From the NCBI GenBank assembly GCA_963806855.1, contig CAWDYW010000001.1, positions 160,001 to 224,000 of the forward strand: a DNA stretch of 64,000 bases, written 5' to 3'. The translations under genes were made by a program, and so were the position numbers. Positions within the stretch are counted from its first letter, which is position 1. Each line of letters starts with the position of its first letter. This document shows, one piece after another, positions 39,334 through 49,267 of this stretch. The notes beneath the pieces were generated by a model. That model saw nothing but the letters and a program-made list of their open reading frames with translations. It had not been told where the DNA came from and ran no database searches. This DNA comes from an uncultured Verrucomicrobiae bacterium (GTDB lineage Bacteria > Chlamydiota > Chlamydiia > Chlamydiales > Rhabdochlamydiaceae).

Positions 39334-39808
39334 AGTTCCTCAAGCAATCCCTGAACGCGTAGAGCATTTACCCTACTGGAGATCGTCATTTGCATGGCCA
39401 TTTTGGGAATGGCAGCGGTCGGCATTGGCTGGCAGATGAAAGGGATGCTGGCGATCCACAATTTTGATAAAAATATTAGCAATTTTTTTGCCGATTTGCG
39501 CAAAGCACAGCTCGTTGCACTCTCTGACCGGGTCGATATCGATTTGAATATCACAAAGCGAAGGGGACCTATACGAATACTCCTTCCATTCAGATGATCC
39601 GCTCCTCTGCTTCATCGCAAAACCGACCAAATTGACCGGCATCAAAGAGATCAAAAGCGAAAAAAAAAAGTTAGAAAATTTGCACTTGCATCTCTATCCC
39701 TCGGGCAGGGTTGGGCCGGAGCAGAAAATCACCTTTCTTCAGACAGAAGAACATGGGGTAATACTGGACTTAAGCCAGCCCCTTTGTATAGAATTGAAGA
39801 GAATGTAA
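39330..39808 (+). CDS. Minor pseudopilin (GspH-like), broken by apparent indels
   Basis: RAFTLLEIVICMAILGM prepilin motif at ~39362. Confidence 0.7.
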
Positions 39809-39822
39809 CACAGGAGAAACCG

Positions 39823-40284
39823 ATGCGCATTACGAGCCCCAAATTCAAGCAAGGGGAGCCGATTCCCTCGATCTACACTTGCGAAGGGTATGACTGGAAT
39901 CCCCCTGTCGATTTTCACGAGGTTCCCAAAGAGGCAAAGAGCCTTGTCCTGATCATGACCGATCCCGATGTGCCCACCAACATTCGCCCCGATGGCCTCT
40001 GGGTCCATTGGATCGTCTATGAAATTCCTCCGCATAGCAAAGGGATCCCTGAGCACTCTCGTCCTCCTGGCACCCACGGCCGCGGAACCAATATGCGAAC
40101 CGCCTACATGGGCCCCTGCCCACCCGACCGGGAACACCGCTATTTCTTTACCCTCTATGCCCTCGATTTCATGCCCGAGTGGGAAAAAGGGCTCAACAAA
40201 GAAGAAGTAGAGAAGAAAATGGAAGGCCACATCATTGCCAAGGCGGAATTGATGGGGACTTATAAATTGAAGAAAACATCTTGA
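39823..40284 (+). CDS. YbhB/YbcL (PEBP/Raf kinase inhibitor-like) protein
   Basis: ITSPKF, DPDVP, WVHWIVY, YMGPCPP, HRYFFTLYALD. Confidence 0.93.
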   Translation: MRITSPKFKQGEPIPSIYTCEGYDWNPPVDFHEVPKEAKSLVLIMTDPDVPTNIRPDGLWVHWIVYEIPPHSKGIPEHSRPPGTHGRGTNMRTAYMGPCPPDREHRYFFTLYALDFMPEWEKGLNKEEVEKKMEGHIIAKAELMGTYKLKKTS

Positions 40285-40326
40285 CGATCAATCTATTGAC
40301 ATCTTAAGGTGCAATTGGAGGTAATT

Positions 40327-40704
40327 ATGGATTCTGCTGTAATGCTCGCCAAAGTATTTGGCCCCTGTTTAGCAATTATCGGATTATGGATGCTCCTTTA
40401 TACCGATAATTTATTAAAAATACTGACTGCGATGAAAAGTTCGCCCGCTGCATTTTACAATAGCGCGGTGTTGAATCTTGTGGTCGGCCTATTCATTATC
40501 ACTAGCTATAATGGCTGGAGAATGGATATCTTTTTCTTCGTCACCTTGCTCGGATGGGTGCTGTTCATTCGAGGGTTGCTTGGGTTCTTTTTGCCACAGG
40601 TAATCATCAAACTTTATTTTGATAAAAATCCCTGGACCAAATTCATGGGGATCGTCCCTTTAGTATGGGGCCTCATCCTCATTTGGGCCGGCTTCTATAG
40701 ATAA
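40327..40704 (+). CDS. Hypothetical 4-TM membrane protein
   Basis: Hydrophobic ORF with RBS GGAGG before ATG 40327. Confidence 0.7.
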   Translation: MDSAVMLAKVFGPCLAIIGLWMLLYTDNLLKILTAMKSSPAAFYNSAVLNLVVGLFIITSYNGWRMDIFFFVTLLGWVLFIRGLLGFFLPQVIIKLYFDKNPWTKFMGIVPLVWGLILIWAGFYR

Positions 40705-40827
40705 TTAGAAAGGCGCAATTTTTTTATGCGCCTTTGTGTTGAACTTTATCCCCCAGCCATCAATCTCTAGCCTTTATTTTTCCTTTCAAGTATTCTCTAG
40801 AACGAGTTTCCATAGAGGAGAATACGT

Positions 40828-43404
40828 ATGCATTTTTTGAAATTTGCGCTCTTGCTGATCACCGTTTGCGGGTTTGCTCAAGAAGGGATTAATCTAAAAC
40901 GAAGAGAGCCCACTTGGCGCCCTAAGATTGTCGAGTATTTCAATGAGGGGATCCCCAAAACCGTTATCTTCTATGAAGAAACCGATGACCAAAAAGAAAT
41001 CCCGATGAAGCAATTACAATATTATCCCAGTGGGCAGCTGCGCAGTGAGATGGATATGATTGCCGTCGAAGAGGGCTCTGCAGGCCATGAGGCATGGAAG
41101 AATACGGTCGTCCCCCATGGAGCGAGCATCACATTTTATACCGATGGAAAAGTGGAAAAAATGGCCCAATTCGATCGGGGTCTACTAAATGGAGAAGTGC
41201 AGGCCTATTATCCCAATGGAAAATTGCAAGCCGTTTCGATTTATAAACAAGGACTGCAGCATGGCAAATCGGTCAGCTATTACGACGATGGCAAGAAAGC
41301 TGAAGAGGCCATATTTGAGAATGGAAAAGTGCAAGGCGATTTAGTCCACTACTATCCCAATGAACAGCGGGCCTTTTCAATCCCCCATGTCGATGGCATG
41401 CGCAGTGGAACAGCTTTGGAGTGGCATCAAAATGGGGCTCTTAAGGCCAGCCGCCGCTATGAGAAAGGGGTGCTCAGTTCCGATGGGCGCAATCCGGCAT
41501 TTGTCGCCTACGATGAAAACCGGAACATGGTCGCCGTCCAAGACTTTCAAAATGGACAGCCGATCGGATCGCTTATCAAATACCATCCCAATGGAAAAGA
41601 GAGCTATAAAGTCCGTTTCCGCGATGGAAAAATGCAAGGGGCCGAACAATATTTTGCCGAAGATGGAAAACAAATTGGCGAGGGGGAATACGCTCTTGGG
41701 ATTCCACAAGGGACTCATTGGCGCAACCACCCCAATGGAAAACCTGCTTTTAGCGCTAAGTACAATCAAGATGGAGAGCTGCTCGAGCCGATTATCAAGT
41801 ACAATGCTGAAGGGCAAAAAATTGCCCAGTATTTCCTGATTAAAGATCAGCGCGATGGCGATTATTGCGAGTGGTATGACAATGGGAAAGTCAAAGTCAA
41901 GTATCACTATATCAATGGAAAATTAGATGGAGAGCAACTTGAATACTTCCCCAATGGGCAGTGCAAAATGCATGTCGTCTATAAAGATAACCAGCGCGAT
42001 GGCCTTTATGAAGAGTGGTACGAAAATGGAAAACTCGCCATCAGCGTGCAATATGTAAATGGAGAAAAGAATGGCTTGAGCCGCCGCTTCTATGAAGATG
42101 GCAAGCCCCATTTTGAGGAGTACTTTGCCTCTGATAAACATGATAAAGAACAAAAAGAATGGCATCCCAATGGCAAGCTGAAGTTTCAAGGGACGTTTGC
42201 GGAAGGGAAAAAAGACGGGCGCCACCAGCAATGGAATGAAGATGGGGTGATTGTCTTTGACGGCAACTATAAAGGCGATCTGCCCGATGGCTGCATCCGC
42301 ACCTTCTTCGATAAAAATAAACCGCATGAAGTGGTCAATTTTAAAGAGGGTAAGCGAGAAGGAAAAGCCGAAGAATACTATGAAAATGGAAAACTCAAAA
42401 CCCTCGCCTTCTACAAAGACGATAAACTGGATGGAGAGGTTAAAGGGTGGTATGAAGAGGGATCATTGCGTCTTTCCAAATGCTACTCGATGAACAACCC
42501 CGTTAAAGAGCACAAAGAGTTCTATCCACCTAAGGAAGGGGAAAAAGAGGGGGCGCTCGCCCGCATTTTCCGCTATGCCGGCGATGGACAATTCCAAGGG
42601 GAACAAATCAGTTACTACCCAAATGGTGCCACGCAGACCTCGCTGAACTATAAGGATGGCCAGCTCCATGGTTTAAAAGCCCTTTGGAACGACGAGGGAG
42701 AGCTACTGGAAGAGGCCTGGTATGCCCATGGAAAACTCGACGGACGCTTTTTTGAGCGGGGACAGGATGGCCGCGAAGTGATCTTCCAATACAAAAATAA
42801 CAAGAAGAATGGACTCCACGAGATCTACTATCCCCCCAACCAATTTTTCGGCCGGGTGAAGGGATTTGAGGTCAACTATGTGAACGATCTACCTGAAGGT
42901 GAAGCGATTGAGTTTAATCAAGCTGGGGCAAAATTGACCGTTACCCAATTCAAAGCGGGTAAAAAAGAGGGGACTGCGACTGTTTACACAGAGAAAGGAA
43001 AAATCGCGGCGACATTCGAATTTAAGGACGATAAGCGCAATGGCCCAGGTAGGGAATATCATCCCAATGGAAAGCTACTACGCGAGGTCAACTATATGGG
43101 TGACCTCAAGGTGGGGGAAGAGAAGTGCTATTATGACAATGGCAAACTCGCCGCCGTGGCTATCTATAATAAAAATGGGGAGAAGGACGGTCTATACCAA
43201 GAGTGGAATAAGGATGGTGTGATCGTTTTTGAAGGGGAATTCAAAAATGGACTGCGTCATGGAAAGCTCAATAAGTACTATGACAACGGCAATCCCAAAA
43301 TCCTTCAAACCTTCGTCGATGACAAGCTCAACGGCGTGAAGAAGGCCTACGATGCGAAAGGGAACGTAAGCGAAACAAAATACGACATGGGCAAGAAACT
43401 CTGA
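40828..43404 (+). CDS. Secreted MORN-variant (YwqK-like) repeat protein
   Basis: Signal peptide then dozens of Y/W-x-x-NG-K...G-x-x-x-G repeats. Confidence 0.9.
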   Translation: MHFLKFALLLITVCGFAQEGINLKRREPTWRPKIVEYFNEGIPKTVIFYEETDDQKEIPMKQLQYYPSGQLRSEMDMIAVEEGSAGHEAWKNTVVPHGASITFYTDGKVEKMAQFDRGLLNGEVQAYYPNGKLQAVSIYKQGLQHGKSVSYYDDGKKAEEAIFENGKVQGDLVHYYPNEQRAFSIPHVDGMRSGTALEWHQNGALKASRRYEKGVLSSDGRNPAFVAYDENRNMVAVQDFQNGQPIGSLIKYHPNGKESYKVRFRDGKMQGAEQYFAEDGKQIGEGEYALGIPQGTHWRNHPNGKPAFSAKYNQDGELLEPIIKYNAEGQKIAQYFLIKDQRDGDYCEWYDNGKVKVKYHYINGKLDGEQLEYFPNGQCKMHVVYKDNQRDGLYEEWYENGKLAISVQYVNGEKNGLSRRFYEDGKPHFEEYFASDKHDKEQKEWHPNGKLKFQGTFAEGKKDGRHQQWNEDGVIVFDGNYKGDLPDGCIRTFFDKNKPHEVVNFKEGKREGKAEEYYENGKLKTLAFYKDDKLDGEVKGWYEEGSLRLSKCYSMNNPVKEHKEFYPPKEGEKEGALARIFRYAGDGQFQGEQISYYPNGATQTSLNYKDGQLHGLKALWNDEGELLEEAWYAHGKLDGRFFERGQDGREVIFQYKNNKKNGLHEIYYPPNQFFGRVKGFEVNYVNDLPEGEAIEFNQAGAKLTVTQFKAGKKEGTATVYTEKGKIAATFEFKDDKRNGPGREYHPNGKLLREVNYMGDLKVGEEKCYYDNGKLAAVAIYNKNGEKDGLYQEWNKDGVIVFEGEFKNGLRHGKLNKYYDNGNPKILQTFVDDKLNGVKKAYDAKGNVSETKYDMGKKL

Positions 43405-44193
43405 TACCCATAAGTTTGGTATAACTTTTTGAGGTTAATATAGACATGTCGGGTGACACAGCACTTCGTGTCCGGTGTCCCCCGCGACCCCCTTGAGCCT
43501 CACCTCGCTTCGCCAAATCGCGTCCTCGTCGGGAGAGTGGACGGAGTCCTACCCTCCCACGCCCCACCCTCCAGACTCCACTGAACCCTAACCCTATTTC
43601 TCTAAACTCTCATTTGTGCGGGTTCAATAAAGTCTAGGGGTGTGGTGCTCTCCTGCGGGTACGATTTTGCTTTGCGATCTGAGTCCTCGGGCTGCTCACG
43701 CGCTCATTCCCCGCCGGGACTCCGTCCTTTTTCGACGGGAGCCCTTTCGCGTCAGTTCACAGAACCATACAAAAAAAGTCTGCCGACTTGCCCTCATTCT
43801 GCAAACCGAAAACAGTGTGTTTTTCCTTTTTAAATTGGTTCTGCGAGGCGACGCGAAAGGGCTCCCGCCGAAAGAGGACGGAGTCCCGGCGGGAATGAGC
43901 GCTCGAGCAGCCAATGGACTCAGATCGCAATGCAAAATCGCACCCGCAGGAGAGCCCGCACTCCCGGATTTCAATGAACCCATGGATAAGTTTGTTATTA
44001 GTTGGGTATGGGTTCATGGAAATCGGGAGAGTGGGGCGTGGGAGGGTAGGACTCCGTCCACTCTCCCGACGAGGACGCGATTTGGCGAAGCGAGGTGAGT
44101 ACCTAGGGGGTCGCGGGGGACACCGGACACGAAGTGCTGTGTCACCCGACATGTCTATATTAACCTCAAAAAGTTATGCCAAACTTATGGGTA
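43405..44193. mobile_element. 789-bp branched palindromic non-coding element (copy L1)
   Basis: 163-bp terminal inverted arms (43405-43567 / 44031-44193) enclose three hairpins; homologous to 55080-55889. Confidence 0.9.
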
Positions 44194-44233
44194 ATAGGAT
44201 GCGCTCGCGGCAACGAAATTTATTGATAAACAC

Positions 44234-44267
44234 AAAAGCGCCAAGCCTTTGGAGCTTGGCGCTTTTT
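44234..44267. terminator. Bidirectional intrinsic terminator
   Basis: AAAAGCGCCAAGC-CTTTGGA-GCTTGGCGCTTTTT. Confidence 0.8.
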
Positions 44268-44289
44268 GGTATTAGCCATGGAATGGCAA

Positions 44290-44493
44290 CTATTCTTCGT
44301 CGTCGAGAACTCGGACATCTTTAGCTACAGGGCCTTTCTTCCCTTCGCCAATTTCAAACTCAACGGCTACTCCTTTATCTAAAGCGCCCACGCTCACATC
44401 TGTTTTGTGAACAAAAAATTCTTTTCCTGAGTTTGATACGATGAACCCATAGTTCTTTTCTTGGTCGTACCATTTAACCTTGCCTCTTTCCAT
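44290..44493 (-). CDS. cspA: Cold-shock domain protein
   Basis: GKVKWY...YGFI...FFVH...GKKGPVA. Confidence 0.9.
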   Translation of the reverse strand: MERGKVKWYDQEKNYGFIVSNSGKEFFVHKTDVSVGALDKGVAVEFEIGEGKKGPVAKDVRVLDDEE

Positions 44494-44497
44494 ACAA

Positions 44498-44983
44498 TTA
44501 ACTTTCCTTCTGTATACGGTGTTGTAATGTGCTTTCTATATATTTGGGAACGAAATCTTTTAATGAAGCGCCATTAGAGGCGAGTTCGCGGATGAGGGTG
44601 GAGCTGATGTGTAAGGCTCCATCTTCAGCCATTAAAAAAAAGGTTTCGATCCCACTAAGCTTTCGGTTAGCCTGCGCCATTTGCATTTCATAATCCACAT
44701 CACTTGAAGAGCGCAATCCTCTAAGAAGAGCATTTGCACCTATCTGTTTTGCAAAATTGACGACAAGCCCAGAAAAGCTGACGATTTCGACATTTTTCAA
44801 AGAGGAAGCCTCATGCTTGAGTGCTTCAATACGCTCTTCGACTGTCAAAATCGATTTGGTTTTGCTTAAGTTTTTCCCAATCCCTACCACGAGGTGATCA
44901 CATAGACCCGACCCACGCTTTATGAGCATCAGATGCCCTAGCGTAGGGGGATCGAACGTGCCTGGAAAAAGGAGCTTAAACAT
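44498..44983 (-). CDS. coaD: Phosphopantetheine adenylyltransferase
   Basis: FPGTFDPPTLGH, RGLRSSSD..YE, ISSTLIRE. Confidence 0.95.
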   Translation of the reverse strand: MFKLLFPGTFDPPTLGHLMLIKRGSGLCDHLVVGIGKNLSKTKSILTVEERIEALKHEASSLKNVEIVSFSGLVVNFAKQIGANALLRGLRSSSDVDYEMQMAQANRKLSGIETFFLMAEDGALHISSTLIRELASNGASLKDFVPKYIESTLQHRIQKES

Positions 44984-45023
44984 TCTAGAAATTGTAACCG
45001 AAGTCAGGATAAATTTCAATATC

Positions 45024-45190
45024 TATACCACGACTCGCCCAAAAATGTGAATTTGGACCGCGCCAAAGCCTCGGGGTTCAACTGTTTTTCCGAGGGTTGT
45101 ATATATTCGATACTACCCTCGGAAAAACAGTTGAACCGCGAGAGCTTTCGCGTGGGTCCAAATTCACACTTTTGGGCGAGTCGTGGTATA
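45024..45190. mobile_element. ~167-bp palindromic MITE-like element (family A)
   Basis: TATACC...GGTATA ends; core shared with 30351-30518. Confidence 0.85.
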
Positions 45191-45357
45191 ACCTGAACTT
45201 TGGGTTTGCTCTCCTCAGAATCAGGAGAGATTTTCGATGAAATTGACTTTGCTTTTTCGAAAATCATAGCCGAAGGCACTATTTTTGAGAAAAAGCAAAG
45301 TCAATTTCGCGAAAAGATCCCTGAGGCTAAAGCGAGATGAACCCGAAGTTCAGGTTA
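45189..45357. mobile_element. ~169-bp palindromic element of a second family, abutting the previous one at a shared TA
   Basis: TAACCTGAACTT...AAGTTCAGGTTA ends; inner IR GAAATTGACTTTGCTTTTTC / GAAAAAGCAAAGTCAATTTC. Confidence 0.75.
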
Positions 45358-45426
45358 TCTAGATAAATCTTTACGAATATTCCAAAAAAGGTTTAAGATG
45401 ACCCCCCTAACAAAGGAAAAAATTTA

Positions 45427-45777
45427 ATGAGTACAGCATTACAACCAAGACCACAGAATATTGCCCGTTTAGAAGACTCTCCTGCCCATGGATTCATGAT
45501 AGAACTCAAGACTCTGAAACAGTCAGCTGGTGCGTCGAAAGAGCAATTTGTCGATCTCTTCAAACGATGGGTAGAATGGTTGAGCCAATGTGATCAGGAG
45601 AATGATCCTCGCGGTTATGGGGCTTCGGTTACGTTAGTTTTTTCTGTGTTCCACTGGGCTCAGCAGAAGATTTCTTCAGAGGAGAAGAAGGGGCTTGAAA
45701 AATGGGCCGCCGCGGTAATCAAAAGTGTGCCGAATATCGATCCATTACGTGCTGAGTTCCTCAAAAAGTATGAATAA
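45427..45777 (+). CDS. Small hypothetical helical protein
   Basis: 116-aa ORF with RBS AAGGA, convergent with and overlapping the 45761 ORF end. Confidence 0.6.
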   Translation: MSTALQPRPQNIARLEDSPAHGFMIELKTLKQSAGASKEQFVDLFKRWVEWLSQCDQENDPRGYGASVTLVFSVFHWAQQKISSEEKKGLEKWAAAVIKSVPNIDPLRAEFLKKYE

Positions 45778-47134
45778 AATCGCCGGCGAGATCCCGTTTT
45801 CTGCTCTTTTTTTTGCCCGCTTTGGGGATCAGGTCAACGAAGGCTTCACCTAAGGCTTGCTTGTCTGGCGTTTTGACAATACCCTCTTCATTCATCTTGC
45901 CGAATCCATATTTCATCATCGTTTTAAAGTCTTGCTCAGTATGGTTGAGGGCATCTAGTTGATTATAAGCTTCAGTCAAACGCCCTTCAACCTCGGTGAT
46001 CGCATTCGTAAACTGCTCCTCGGAATCGGTTGGGATTTGCAAATGGTTTTGACCCAATTCAAAGTATAAGGCATACCGGTTAGCCTGAATCTCTCGCAAT
46101 ACAGTGGGCGACTGGGTGTTTTTTAAATAATCCTTAAAATCTTTAAGAGAAGCGGTTCCAGATGGTTTTGGTTTTATAAAACGGGCCTTGTGTGCAGCCA
46201 GGTAGTTGTCGACTGCTGCTAAGTAGGCTTCAAAGGCATCATCGGTGATCCCATGACTGAGGGTCTTTTGACAGGCAATCATCGCATTCCAGGCCTCATG
46301 AAGGTTATCTAAGTGGTTTAGATCTTCGTTTAAGTTTCGGATCGCTGTCGTCACAAATTGCCGATATCCCTCTTGGAGCTTGAGAGTTGCCTCAACTGGG
46401 GTTTTCTTCTCTAAGCGACACTCTGCATCCAATGCATCTTCCAATTCCCGCATTTCACGTTCTGCCGAAGAATCGAAATGATTGCAAAAGTCAGGATTTA
46501 CAAAAACGGCGCCCCGTTGCAGTTCTACAGAGGTCCCAGAGAAGGTCATTCTCTTCTCTCGAGGGGTCAATATCGAAGCAAGCCGATCAATGATGGCAAG
46601 GCGATCTGTTTGATTTTCAGAATTTAAATGTTTAATTTCTTTTTTTGATAAATCAAAGCGTCTAGTAAGGTAGCCGCGATATGCTGGGTCTAATTGATTA
46701 AAGCCCCTCTCAAGTACTGCACTTCTAACAACTTCGAAGATGTCATCGTAGAGTTTACAAGAAAAGGCTGCATGCGCTGCATGGCAACGGCCCTCGCAAT
46801 GCGCAGAACTGCCATTGATATGGGTCTTGCCTCTGGTTGTGATGCAGTTAAATGCGTAAGTCTCAGCAAAACGAGATAGGGAAAAAAAGAGGCGGGCTCG
46901 GACCTTCTCAAAGACATGGGCGGTATTGATTGTTGTGCAATCGTGTTCGTCTCTAATCCGAGAAGCCGTTTCGTATTTGTTCACCACTCTTCGCGCTTTC
47001 CGCGGCGTCGGTGCTTCTAGAGATTTTTGAGTCTGCACGTTTGTTGTTTCGCGCAACCAGGGTTTCGAGGGAGCTTGGCGCGGTGGGGTTCGCGGGGATT
47101 CGGGTGTTGCAAGATGGATGGAGTCGATCATCAT
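45761..47134 (-). CDS. Hypothetical Cys/His-rich protein, candidate effector (paralogue of 47228..48652)
   Basis: S/T-P-rich N-terminus; KTHxNG...C..C..AHAAxSC, NPxxCNxFD, TPVEA; basic C-terminus KKKSRKR. Confidence 0.75.
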   Translation of the reverse strand: MMIDSIHLATPESPRTPPRQAPSKPWLRETTNVQTQKSLEAPTPRKARRVVNKYETASRIRDEHDCTTINTAHVFEKVRARLFFSLSRFAETYAFNCITTRGKTHINGSSAHCEGRCHAAHAAFSCKLYDDIFEVVRSAVLERGFNQLDPAYRGYLTRRFDLSKKEIKHLNSENQTDRLAIIDRLASILTPREKRMTFSGTSVELQRGAVFVNPDFCNHFDSSAEREMRELEDALDAECRLEKKTPVEATLKLQEGYRQFVTTAIRNLNEDLNHLDNLHEAWNAMIACQKTLSHGITDDAFEAYLAAVDNYLAAHKARFIKPKPSGTASLKDFKDYLKNTQSPTVLREIQANRYALYFELGQNHLQIPTDSEEQFTNAITEVEGRLTEAYNQLDALNHTEQDFKTMMKYGFGKMNEEGIVKTPDKQALGEAFVDLIPKAGKKKSRKRDLAGDFIHTF

Positions 47135-47227
47135 AGTCGGTGCCTAAATGGTAAAGCAGTTGCATATGACGTATATTTAAAGAAAAAGAATAATTAATTC
47201 ATAGATAAAATATGGATTTGCCGGATT

Positions 47228-48652
47228 TTAATTTTTTCTTGATGGAAATACCGAACAGAACACTTCTCCAATTCGTTCTTTATCAGGAAGTTGCATCACT
47301 CCATCTTTATCCTTTTTCCCATAGGAGTATTTTAACAACCTCTCGATGTCTGCTGGTGTGTTGTATAAGCCATCTAGTTGAAAATAGGCTTCGGTTAACC
47401 GTCTTTCTATAGACTCTCTAGCTGCGAGGAATTGGGCGGCAGAATCAGTTGGTATCTGCAAGTGGTGCTCACTTAATTCAAAATAGTCTCGCGATTTGTT
47501 GTTTCGTAGTTCATTTAGCACATACCTAGGCTGAGTATCGACCAGGTATTTTTTTAGGACAGTTAATCGGGGAGTTCCAGATAATCGATCTTTGAAACGG
47601 GCCTTAAAAGCTTTGAGATAACGATCTACAGCGGGAAGGTAGCTCTTAAAATCATCAGATTGTTGCTTGGCGATCATATCATCCCATGCTTCTTGCAGAT
47701 CATCGAGTCTGTTTAGATCGGGTTTTAAGTGATCAATGGCAACGAGTACTAAACGACGATATTCATCTTGTAATTGTATAAGAGCTTCGACGGGTGTCAG
47801 CTCCCCTGTGCGACATTTTTCCGCGAGCTGATCCTCGAGAGGGCGCAGGGTGGCTTCTAAATAAATGTCAAAGCGGTTGCAGTCGATGGGATTGTCGTAG
47901 ATCCCAGCCCTTTCCAGCTCTACTGAAGTTCCAATAAACGAGCTTCTCTTTTGTGGTTCTGACAACGAATTGATTTTCTTTTCTAGGATACGCACTCTAT
48001 CTGGAGAGTTGAGTTGACGTTCAGATAAGTTAAATCGTGATGTTAAATAACGTTGATAGTTAGGTTCTAGCTCTGAAAACTTCTTAATTTTCAGAGTCTC
48101 TAAGGCTATCTGCAGGATATTGTCATTGAGCTTGCATGATAAGGCGGCGTGAGCTGATTGGCAACCTCCACAGCTTGAATGGGCCCCATTTAGATGGGTT
48201 TTTCGCCTCTCAGTTTTACAATGGAATATACTAGCGAGCTCAAAACGATTGAGAGAGTGCATCTGACGGGCGAAAACTTTGGCCGTGGTGATTGCTCCAT
48301 TGACCATTTTGCAATTATGCTCTGCCCGAATTTCGCTTCCCGTGCTATTTAGGGGAACCAGGCCTCGAGACTTGGTAGGTGTCTGATAGGAAGCTTTAGA
48401 TGCTTGAGATTTCTTCTTTGTCTGTGTTCGGAATTTATAGGGGGTATTGTTTTTCCCTGAACTAGGGGTATGTTGGATACTGCGGTTGGCCAATTTGGGG
48501 GTATAAGGGGAGGGAGTTTTTGCGGTGGTCTTCTTGGCGACAGCGGACACTTTGCGGGCAGGGGTATTTTCCATATTGGGTCGATTAGTTGCATCCCCCA
48601 ATGGGTAAGTGCCTGAAGAAGAGGTGGATGACGCTTTAATTCCTAAAGACAA
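47228..48652 (-). CDS. Hypothetical Cys/His-rich protein, candidate effector (paralogue of 45761..47134)
   Basis: Same conserved blocks; long disordered S/T/P/K-rich N-terminus. Confidence 0.75.
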   Translation of the reverse strand: MSLGIKASSTSSSGTYPLGDATNRPNMENTPARKVSAVAKKTTAKTPSPYTPKLANRSIQHTPSSGKNNTPYKFRTQTKKKSQASKASYQTPTKSRGLVPLNSTGSEIRAEHNCKMVNGAITTAKVFARQMHSLNRFELASIFHCKTERRKTHLNGAHSSCGGCQSAHAALSCKLNDNILQIALETLKIKKFSELEPNYQRYLTSRFNLSERQLNSPDRVRILEKKINSLSEPQKRSSFIGTSVELERAGIYDNPIDCNRFDIYLEATLRPLEDQLAEKCRTGELTPVEALIQLQDEYRRLVLVAIDHLKPDLNRLDDLQEAWDDMIAKQQSDDFKSYLPAVDRYLKAFKARFKDRLSGTPRLTVLKKYLVDTQPRYVLNELRNNKSRDYFELSEHHLQIPTDSAAQFLAARESIERRLTEAYFQLDGLYNTPADIERLLKYSYGKKDKDGVMQLPDKERIGEVFCSVFPSRKN

Positions 48653-48739
48653 TATAATTCCTTCAATTAATTATTTTAAATTATACATTAAAGTGAATTA
48701 AATGGCAATTAATTTGAATTATATGTATTAATAATTTTA

Positions 48740-49267
48740 TTAAGCGCCAAGGAAATAGATGGTTGTGTCGCCGAAGTGTCTGACATCGAGGGTCTTAAGG
48801 CTAGAAGCTTCCATGATAGCTCTTTTACTCTGCTCTAAGACGATAAGCCCCCCGGGGGCTAAAAGGGGTGGAATTTCCCCTAGAAGGGAGCCGATCTTGA
48901 GGGTATAGGGTGGGTCGATATAGATGATATCAAATTGCTTCCCCTCTTTAATCAGTCGTTTGACCGCGCTCCAAGCATCCATCTGGAGGACGATCGCTTC
49001 GATTTGGAGAGCCAAGAGGTTCTCTTTGATGCACATAGCTGCCCCACGATCTTTCTCGACGAAAACGGCTGTGGAGGCCCCGCGGGAAAGGGCTTCGATT
49101 CCCATGCTGCCGCTGCCTGCAAAGAGGTCGAGGAAGCTCTTCCCTTCGATCTGATTTTGGAGGATGTCGAAGATCGATCCGCGCAATTTGGCGGATGTGG
49201 GGCGGGTTGAATCCCCTTTGGGCATCTTGAGGACCCGATTTTTATAAAGGCCTGAAATTATTCTCAT
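48740..49267 (-). CDS. rsmD: 16S rRNA m2G966 methyltransferase
   Basis: MRIISG...TRPT, LDLFAGSGSMGIEALSRGA, IDPPY. Confidence 0.95.
   Translation of the reverse strand: MRIISGLYKNRVLKMPKGDSTRPTSAKLRGSIFDILQNQIEGKSFLDLFAGSGSMGIEALSRGASTAVFVEKDRGAAMCIKENLLALQIEAIVLQMDAWSAVKRLIKEGKQFDIIYIDPPYTLKIGSLLGEIPPLLAPGGLIVLEQSKRAIMEASSLKTLDVRHFGDTTIYFLGA

Noticed and set aside
40828..43404. Toxin-antitoxin system implied by YwqK-like repeats
   Set aside because: No adjacent toxin; long MORN-variant proteins are common in this lineage
43328..44324. Several ORFs in the large palindromic element (and 55310-55678 in copy L2)
   Set aside because: Frames are not conserved between copies and there is no transposase motif; they are by-products of GC-rich repeats
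45016..45279. 87-aa ORF upstream of coaD (and 30442..30735)
   Set aside because: Lies in or overlaps palindromic elements, with no coding signature
46880..46910. Cyclin-docking RxL motif (KVRARLFF) in the 457-aa protein
   Set aside because: It aligns with KVFARQMH in the paralogue, inside the conserved domain, and is not conserved
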